A DNA stretch of 64,000 nucleotides from Chloroflexota bacterium (GTDB lineage: Bacteria; Chloroflexota; Anaerolineae; Aggregatilineales; Phototrophicaceae). A program made the translations under genes and the position numbers. This document shows positions 55,958 to 64,000 of this stretch, piece by piece; the stretch's first letter is position 1; every line of letters starts with the position of its first letter. Location: contig JBCBKJ010000008.1 of NCBI GenBank assembly GCA_038522085.1, positions 23,371-87,370 on the forward strand, given 5' to 3'. A model generated the notes under the pieces. It saw nothing but the letters and a program-made list of their open reading frames with translations. It was not told the origin of the DNA and did no database searches.

Positions 55958-56731
55958 ATGAAAATCAAAGCAAGCATCACTATTCTCGTCATTGCTATTA
56001 TGGCAGTATTCGCAGGTGTCGTCAGCGCACAAGAAGATGATACGACAAGCACAGACCGTCCCAATCGTCCCCATGCCCTGCGCGTCATCGGTGCGGATGT
56101 GCTGGGGGTGGTATCAGAGGCGACAGGCTTAAGTAATGTTGAAATTCTACAGCAAGTGCGCGACGGCTCAACATTAGCAGAGGTCATTGCCACTACCGAT
56201 GCTGACCTAGACACAGTTATCGAAGATGTGACAACCGCTCTCACGGAACGTATTGAAACCGCACTTGCCGAAGACCGCATCACCCAAGAACGAGCAGATG
56301 AAATGCTCGAAAATTTACCAACATTGGTGGATACCACTTTTAACACCGTCCCTGATTTTGAAAATCGTCGGGGTCGTGGTGATGGCATCCGCAACCGTGC
56401 TGGCAACCTGACGCAACTCATCGTTTTTGATGCTGTTATGGAAGCTACCAACCTCAGCTTGCTCGATCTTATGACCGCATTAGGTGAAGAGGGTACAACA
56501 CTCGCGGACATCGTCACTGAAAATGGCGCAGACGTAGACACCGTTATCAGCGACGTTATCGCTACTATCACCGAAGAAGTGAATATCCGTGTCGAAGATG
56601 GCACGCTGACACAAGAACAAGCCGATAATCTACTCGAAAATCTTGAAGAACGCCTGATAGAACGTTTCAATGGGGAACTACGCATTCAAGGTTTCGGTGG
56701 TGAGCGCGGACGTGGGCGTAGCAATCGCTAA
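55958..56731 (+). CDS. Secreted acidic protein with two ~85-aa internal repeats, unknown function
   Basis: Signal peptide MKIKASITILVIAIMAVFAGVVSAQ. Repeat 1 (VIGADVLGVVSEATGLSNVEILQQVRDGSTLAEVIATTDADLDTVIEDVTTALTERIETALAEDRITQERADEMLENL) and repeat 2 (LIVFDAVMEATNLSLLDLMTALGEEGTTLADIVTENGADVDTVISDVIATITEEVNIRVEDGTLTQEQADNLLENL). C-terminal RGRGRS. Confidence 0.65.
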   Translation: MKIKASITILVIAIMAVFAGVVSAQEDDTTSTDRPNRPHALRVIGADVLGVVSEATGLSNVEILQQVRDGSTLAEVIATTDADLDTVIEDVTTALTERIETALAEDRITQERADEMLENLPTLVDTTFNTVPDFENRRGRGDGIRNRAGNLTQLIVFDAVMEATNLSLLDLMTALGEEGTTLADIVTENGADVDTVISDVIATITEEVNIRVEDGTLTQEQADNLLENLEERLIERFNGELRIQGFGGERGRGRSNR

Positions 56732-56757
56732 AATAACGTCACCATAGTGAGTATCTC

Positions 56758-56787
56758 AACAGGTCGTCGGCTGGCGACCTGTTTTTG
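56758..56787 (+). terminator. Rho-independent terminator
   Basis: acaggtcg-tcggctgg-cgacctgt followed by TTTTT, 27 nt after the stop. Confidence 0.7.
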
Positions 56788-56869
56788 TGTCTGCGGATGT
56801 TAAGGGTATGTACCATAAATGGGGATTAAAATGAGCATATAACACACACAGCACTGAGGATTCCCACAT

Positions 56870-58108
56870 ATGGCAGACACACACGCAACAGATATAAACA
56901 TCAACAAGTTATCTGCGGATGATTTTAAAGCACTGGATAACATCATCAGTGAGCGCGTCGAAGATGGCACAACCCCTGCTGTTGCGCTGGCTATTTTTCA
57001 GCGCGATACGCCACTATTAAACGCGGCGTGGGGTTCACTTGCCCCCGATGAACACACGCAAGCGACACAAACTAGCACGCTATTTGACCTCGCATCATTG
57101 ACAAAACTCTACACAACTATCGCATTTTTATCGTTGGTGAGCGAAGAAAAACTCTATCTGCATACGCCTGTCGTCAATGTGATACCTGAATTCGGGAAGA
57201 TCAACCCACGTCCGATGGGTGGTGGACAAGACCCGCATAGCAAAGAGCTTTTTCCTGTAAACGAGGATTTTGCAGGACAATCCGTTGATGTGGCACTCGT
57301 CAATTGCTTTCACTTGCTGACGCACACATCGGGGTTACCTGCTTGGCGCGATGTGTACACCGTTGCCGATGCACCCGTTGAACCACCAGCGGATGACCCA
57401 CTCACACAATCAGAACGCTGGTCGAAGGCAATCGAACGGCTAGTTTCCTATGATTTCATTGCCCCACCCGAACACGCCGTTATCTATAGCGATATTGGTT
57501 TGATGTTGCTAGGCGAAATTGTCCGGCGTACACACGACGAAAATGGCACGCTGGAAGATGCTATCAAGGCGCGGGTGCTAGGGGATCGTTTCCCAAACAC
57601 GCTGTTCAATCCACTGAGAAAGGGTTTTACACAAGAGCAAATCGCCCCTACCGAACAAGATACAACGTGGCGTCAGCGTAGGGTACATGGCGAAGTTCAC
57701 GACGAAAACGCGCACGGTGTCGGAGGCATCGCCGGACATGCTGGCTTGTTCTCGACAGCGATGGAAGTTGCCCTGCTTGGCAATATTTGGCTGAACCATA
57801 GTGAGCGTATGCTACGCATTGACCCCGAACTGGCTGGTGCATCCGTTGAACTACAAGCACAGACAGGCGCAGATAGACGAGGCTTAGGCTGGATGCTCAA
57901 ATCTGCTGAAAATTCGTCGGCTGGGGATTATTTGAGCGCATCTAGCTACGGGCATACCGGTTTCACAGGAACATCACTCTGGATTGACCCTGACAACAAA
58001 TTATCTATTGCCCTGCTGACGAACCGTGTTTACAACGGACGCGAGCACATCGGCATTCATGCACTCAGACGTGCTGTTCACGATGCGATTGGTAAAGCAC
58101 TCACGTAA
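56870..58108 (+). CDS. Serine hydrolase of the beta-lactamase/PBP4* (class C-like) family
   Basis: SxxK motif in FDLASLTKLYTTIAF. 412 aa. Downstream HTGFTG (KTG-like) region. Confidence 0.75.
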   Translation: MADTHATDININKLSADDFKALDNIISERVEDGTTPAVALAIFQRDTPLLNAAWGSLAPDEHTQATQTSTLFDLASLTKLYTTIAFLSLVSEEKLYLHTPVVNVIPEFGKINPRPMGGGQDPHSKELFPVNEDFAGQSVDVALVNCFHLLTHTSGLPAWRDVYTVADAPVEPPADDPLTQSERWSKAIERLVSYDFIAPPEHAVIYSDIGLMLLGEIVRRTHDENGTLEDAIKARVLGDRFPNTLFNPLRKGFTQEQIAPTEQDTTWRQRRVHGEVHDENAHGVGGIAGHAGLFSTAMEVALLGNIWLNHSERMLRIDPELAGASVELQAQTGADRRGLGWMLKSAENSSAGDYLSASSYGHTGFTGTSLWIDPDNKLSIALLTNRVYNGREHIGIHALRRAVHDAIGKALT

Positions 58109-58109
58109 T

Positions 58110-58919
58110 TTATGCCACGGGCGGAATCTTGAAGAGTCGTTCAGCATTGGCTGTCGTATGCTGAGCGATTTCTTCTAATGTAGTCTGATGCAATGCTGCC
58201 AATCTATCGGCAATGAATGGGATATAGGCAGGGCTATTGCGCTTGCCACGATGGGGTTCAGGTGTCAGATACGGACCATCTGTTTCGACCAGTATACGGT
58301 CAAGAGGCATCTGCACAGCGACACGGCGCAAGCTATCTGCGTTTTTGTAGGTAATGGGTCCACTGAAGCCCAAGTAGAAGCCAATTTCTAAAGCTCTTTC
58401 AGCAATCTCAAGCGGCGCGGAAAACGAATGCAACACCCCTGCGCGGTCTTTCAAGGATTCTGGCAGTGTGGTTGCCCAACTTTCGAGAATCGCTATCACA
58501 TCGTCACTTGCTTCCCGATTATGAATGATGACAGGCAATTCACGCTCGGTGGCAAGCTCGAGTTGTTTCTCAAAGGCGACTTTCTGCTTCTCTGGTGGTA
58601 CGGTATCCCAATGATAATCCAGCCCAATTTCACCAATAGAGACAACATGCTCATTGTGCGAGAGTTCAGCAATCGTCTGTAGCGTCTCATGTGTGAAATC
58701 ACCTGTACTATTCGGATGCACACCCACGCCAACCGTGATATTGTCGTAAGTATCAGCCAGTGCCAGCGCACTTTTTGACGTGCCAACATCGACTGATGGA
58801 ATCAGAATCCGCGTTACGCCTGCTCTTTCGGCAGATTTAACAACTTTCTCGCGGTCTTTATCGTATTGTTCAAGATTGAGATGGCAGTGCGAATCTATCA
58901 GCGGTGTTTGGTCAGCCAT
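58110..58919 (-). CDS. tatD: TatD-family metal-dependent hydrolase/DNase
   Basis: LIDSHCHLN N-terminal metal-binding motif, TIM-barrel His/Glu/Asp ligands (GEIGLDYH, VETDGPY). Confidence 0.85.
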   Translation of the reverse strand: MADQTPLIDSHCHLNLEQYDKDREKVVKSAERAGVTRILIPSVDVGTSKSALALADTYDNITVGVGVHPNSTGDFTHETLQTIAELSHNEHVVSIGEIGLDYHWDTVPPEKQKVAFEKQLELATERELPVIIHNREASDDVIAILESWATTLPESLKDRAGVLHSFSAPLEIAERALEIGFYLGFSGPITYKNADSLRRVAVQMPLDRILVETDGPYLTPEPHRGKRNSPAYIPFIADRLAALHQTTLEEIAQHTTANAERLFKIPPVA

Positions 58920-58965
58920 AGTGTTGTTGTGTTCTCCTGTGTGAATCTATATACGAGCGATTGAG

Positions 58966-58999
58966 CCAAAAAGAGCGTTACCGTTGCGGATAACGCTCT
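58966..58999 (-). terminator. Rho-independent terminator downstream of gmd
   Basis: agagcgtta-ccgttgcgga-taacgctct hairpin followed on the minus strand by TTTTT. Confidence 0.6.
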
Positions 59000-59017
59000 C
59001 TCGATGGCTATGTCTGT

Positions 59018-60971
<1,954 letters not shown>

Positions 60972-61069
60972 TAGCTTGTGTCCTTTCGTGTTTTACACTT
61001 GAAAACTCGGATATGGGCGAAAAACCATCACCCGCAGAATTATATCGAATCGCGCAAGTCGGTCTAGGG

Positions 61070-61112
61070 GAAATGAAAATGCTCCATGACAAGACACGCC
61101 ACAGAGCATTTT
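61070..61112 (-). terminator. Terminator-like hairpin downstream of the DUF4397 gene
   Basis: aaatgctc-(18 nt)-gagcattt stem with T-rich flanks on both strands. Confidence 0.45.
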
Positions 61113-61134
61113 TGGGTTGTAGAGCGAAAAGACT

Positions 61135-63657
61135 TTAGTTGCCAATCGTTTCGTCTACAGGAATTTCGGTAATGTCTTCAATGAACGCACCGTTGAAAGT
61201 GACACTCACAAATTGCGATGAAATCCAACCAACTTCACCCTCGAACGTGACCTGCAACCATTCAGCGTCTGCTGTGCGGGCTTCGACAATCAAGAATGTA
61301 CCACTCGGAATCTGTACAATCACTTCACTGTCTACATTTGGTGTGCGGCGCAAGTTGAGATTCGCATCCGCATCCAAGATGACCTCTGCCACGTAAGCAT
61401 CGACTTGTGGGTCTGGCGTTGCCACAGTAACAGGTGCGGCACCAGCCGTCACTTGCCCGATGGCATCTTCTGTCGATTCTTCGATGAGATTTAGCAAAAT
61501 CAAGTCTTCAAGCGATTCATTTTCGCCGTTGAGTTGGTAGTTGATGAAACCTGTACTCACCCAACCGGTGATAACACCACCACTATCTGGTGCATACGAT
61601 ATGAATGCCCAGTCTGCATCAGCAAGTACGCTCTCGACAGGAAGCAAGCCAAGTAATTCAACCCGTGTCCCAAGAGGCAATTGTGCAAGCACTTCGCTGG
61701 CGGCATCAGGATTACGGCGTACATTGAGATTTGCATCCGAGTTGATGTTAATCACCGTTGCCGTCACAAGGTCTTCTTGTTCGCTTGGTGGTGTCACATC
61801 CGTGTTGAGTGTTTCACCTGGAATATTACCAGCAACTGTTTCAAGGTCACGCAAGCGCACGAAGCCTTCATCGTCAGTAATGATGAGGAATTGGCTGAGT
61901 GTCCATGCGATAACAGACCCACCATCTGGCGTGTTGTAAGTCACGTTCACCCATGTTTCGGATGGGTCAAGGTCTGCGTTTTCATCTTCCAGCAGTGTTA
62001 CAGGGTCAACAAAATCTTCAGCTTCTGGTGGCGGGTCTTGCCCTTCGACCAATGCCACTGGAATCCCTTCACGCCCATTGATAATCAGGCTTGCACCAGA
62101 TGGCGCTTGTGCCAGCACAAGTGCATCCGAACTTGGGAATTGGCGCAAATTAAGGTTCGCACTTGGGTCAAGCGCAACTTCACCTGTGATAACCTCTGGT
62201 GGCGCTTCTGTTGGTGGTGGCAATGCTACTGGCTGGGTTGGCGCGGCAGTTGCTTCTTCAGCCACCGTCTCTTCTTCTGGGCTGGTATCACCTGTATCGG
62301 TTGTTTCGCTGGTATCTGTCGTCGTTGTTGTAGCCAGCGTCACATCACCTGCACCAGGCGCACTTTCGAGTGTGCGTGCAAGTGCGGTTGGGATAACAAA
62401 CAAGCTCGGCGCACCGAAGCTAGAACCATCTAAAACGATGATGTTGTAGTATGTACCACCGTAGAAAACGGTATTTCCAGCATTGAGTGTGGCTTCATCA
62501 TCACCAAGTTCTAGCGTAAACGAGAGTTCACTCACAATTGGATCGTTAGCCGTTGCATCAGACGCATCACCTACTTCAATTTCATCAGCAAAGGTCGTGC
62601 CATCTGCTGATTCGACGGTGACGGTTGCACCATCAATGGTGTTCAACACAGTTGCGACGGCTGTTGTCTCATCTACATCAGTGATGTCATCTTCAAAATC
62701 ATTGATTTCAATATCACCATCTTCGAGATAGGCTGCAATCGTCTGTGCCGCACCTGCTTCAACCTCGATTTCAATATCGCCAAGTTCATCACCGCTTTCA
62801 GCATCGACAAACACAACTTCGTGTTCGCCTTCTGGCAGAGCGATATGTTCAGTTGGGGTTTCTGGGGTAAAGGCTGGAATAATCAGCGTGTCATTGATGA
62901 TAACATCTACCGCAGGACCACCAACGATACCGTGTACAAAGCGCACGAAGCCTGTATCTTCGGCTGGTGCTGTTGCCGCAGATAGTAAGAGCGCACGCGG
63001 ATTACTAGCTGTGCCGTACACAACAGCCATGTAAGACGTATTACTGGTCAAAGCCAAAGAAACATCATCAAGAATTACATCGCCAGACGCCACTGCTGCA
63101 ACATCAACAACATAATTCTGTGATGGCACATCAAATTCGCCAAATTTAACACCATAGCTGATTTCTGGCGCAAGTGGCGTACCCTCTTCTTGCGTTGCAC
63201 CAAATAAATCAATCGGCTCGGCAAGCGCCACACCCACATCAGGACCACCTGCAATGGCATGGACAATCGCCAAACGTGCAACACCAAAGTTGCTCGTGGT
63301 GACATTATCTATGAACGCATCGAATTGAGGGCTAGCAGGATTGGAAGCGATGAAAGTTGTCGCAGACCCGCCACTCACAGAAATAGCTTGTTCCCATAAG
63401 GCAGTTTGCAAGCCTGCCGCCGTTGCCGTTACAACATGGTCGCCGGCTGGTACAGAAATATAAGTAGTCGCTTCGCTATAGGCAATATTACGCGCAGTGA
63501 GCGTTCCGTTGACGTAAACATCAATCGGCACTGCATCTGGAATAACATGGACAAAACGTACTGATGCGCTGTCCTGTGCGCTAAAACTGCTGACGCCTAG
63601 CAGAAGCAAAAGAAGCGCCACCACACTTTTTGTCACTATAGATGTCAGTCGGGTCAT
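61135..63657 (-). CDS. Large secreted protein: N-terminal DUF4397-type repeats, acidic linker, C-terminal SH3b domains
   Basis: Signal peptide MTRLTSIVTKSVVALLLLLLGVSSFSA. DUF4397-like segments (VRFVHVIPDAVPIDVYVNGT..., VRFVHGIVGGPAVDVIINDT...). SH3b-like segments (NLNLRQFPSSDALVLAQAPSGASLIINGR, NLNVRRNPDAASEVLAQLPLGTRVELLG, NLNLRRTPNVDSEVIVQIPSGTFLIVEAR). Confidence 0.7.
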   Translation of the reverse strand: MTRLTSIVTKSVVALLLLLLGVSSFSAQDSASVRFVHVIPDAVPIDVYVNGTLTARNIAYSEATTYISVPAGDHVVTATAAGLQTALWEQAISVSGGSATTFIASNPASPQFDAFIDNVTTSNFGVARLAIVHAIAGGPDVGVALAEPIDLFGATQEEGTPLAPEISYGVKFGEFDVPSQNYVVDVAAVASGDVILDDVSLALTSNTSYMAVVYGTASNPRALLLSAATAPAEDTGFVRFVHGIVGGPAVDVIINDTLIIPAFTPETPTEHIALPEGEHEVVFVDAESGDELGDIEIEVEAGAAQTIAAYLEDGDIEINDFEDDITDVDETTAVATVLNTIDGATVTVESADGTTFADEIEVGDASDATANDPIVSELSFTLELGDDEATLNAGNTVFYGGTYYNIIVLDGSSFGAPSLFVIPTALARTLESAPGAGDVTLATTTTTDTSETTDTGDTSPEEETVAEEATAAPTQPVALPPPTEAPPEVITGEVALDPSANLNLRQFPSSDALVLAQAPSGASLIINGREGIPVALVEGQDPPPEAEDFVDPVTLLEDENADLDPSETWVNVTYNTPDGGSVIAWTLSQFLIITDDEGFVRLRDLETVAGNIPGETLNTDVTPPSEQEDLVTATVININSDANLNVRRNPDAASEVLAQLPLGTRVELLGLLPVESVLADADWAFISYAPDSGGVITGWVSTGFINYQLNGENESLEDLILLNLIEESTEDAIGQVTAGAAPVTVATPDPQVDAYVAEVILDADANLNLRRTPNVDSEVIVQIPSGTFLIVEARTADAEWLQVTFEGEVGWISSQFVSVTFNGAFIEDITEIPVDETIGN

Positions 63658-63754
63658 CTGAGTCTCCTTGACTTGTTGCGATTACAAAACGAAGGACGAG
63701 GTTTTATGCCTCGCCCCACTGTATACATCCGATTATAACAAATCGGGTCTAGCT

Positions 63755-64000
<246 letters not shown>

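Noticed and set aside
61541-62449. Several 120-250-aa plus-strand ORFs opposite the DUF4397/SH3b gene
   Set aside because: Low-complexity antisense frames; the minus-strand gene has a signal peptide, repeated domains and a terminator.
63658-63754. Possible terminator hairpin after ahcY (cgagg-ttttatg-cctcg)
   Set aside because: Only a 5-bp stem, with an imperfect extension and a weak T-tract; too weak to call.

Overview
This 64-kb window reads as a bacterial chromosomal segment, probably from a Chloroflexota-like filamentous bacterium. That guess rests on the many Thr/Pro-rich linkers, SH3b and DUF4397 secreted proteins, and an actinobacteria/chloroflexi-type FhaA/FhaB + RodA/PbpA division module. 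GC looks roughly balanced by eye. Most of the window is densely packed housekeeping genes: ffh-rpsP-KH-rimM, dprA, manC, topA, greA, rpsF-ssb-rpsR, murJ, mtnP-ftsW/rodA-pbp, prolyl oligopeptidase, NfeD-flotillin, gmd-fcl and a partial ahcY at the 3' edge. The region that stands out is a compact, translationally coupled non-ribosomal peptide gene cluster at about 2.1-14.9 kb. Its order is an unknown polytopic membrane protein, an acyl-CoA-dehydrogenase-like enzyme, a stand-alone adenylation enzyme, a small carrier protein, NRPS module 1 (C-A-T) and NRPS module 2 (C-A-T-TE), with a convergent Sfp-type PPTase. The dehydrogenase/adenylation/carrier trio matches known cassettes that build a dehydrogenated starter on a carrier protein (pyrrolyl-type from an amino acid, or an unsaturated/oxidised fatty acyl), so the predicted product is an N-acylated dipeptide. 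Other notable items: a partial CbiM/NikM transporter gene with two co-oriented secreted His/Cys-rich proteins at the 5' edge; three large secreted SH3b-domain proteins, one of which fuses an SH3b ectodomain to a TM helix and a C-terminal zinc ribbon; a class-B PBP next to a SEDS protein whose SxxK and KTG motifs look degenerate; a Pro-rich membrane protein with an 84-bp in-frame tandem repeat; an overlapping four-gene surface-glycan operon (GT2-GT4-YfhO-Wzy/O-antigen-ligase-like); and a topoisomerase I with an N-terminal zinc-ribbon/basic extension. No tRNA or rRNA genes, CRISPR arrays or mobile elements were seen.
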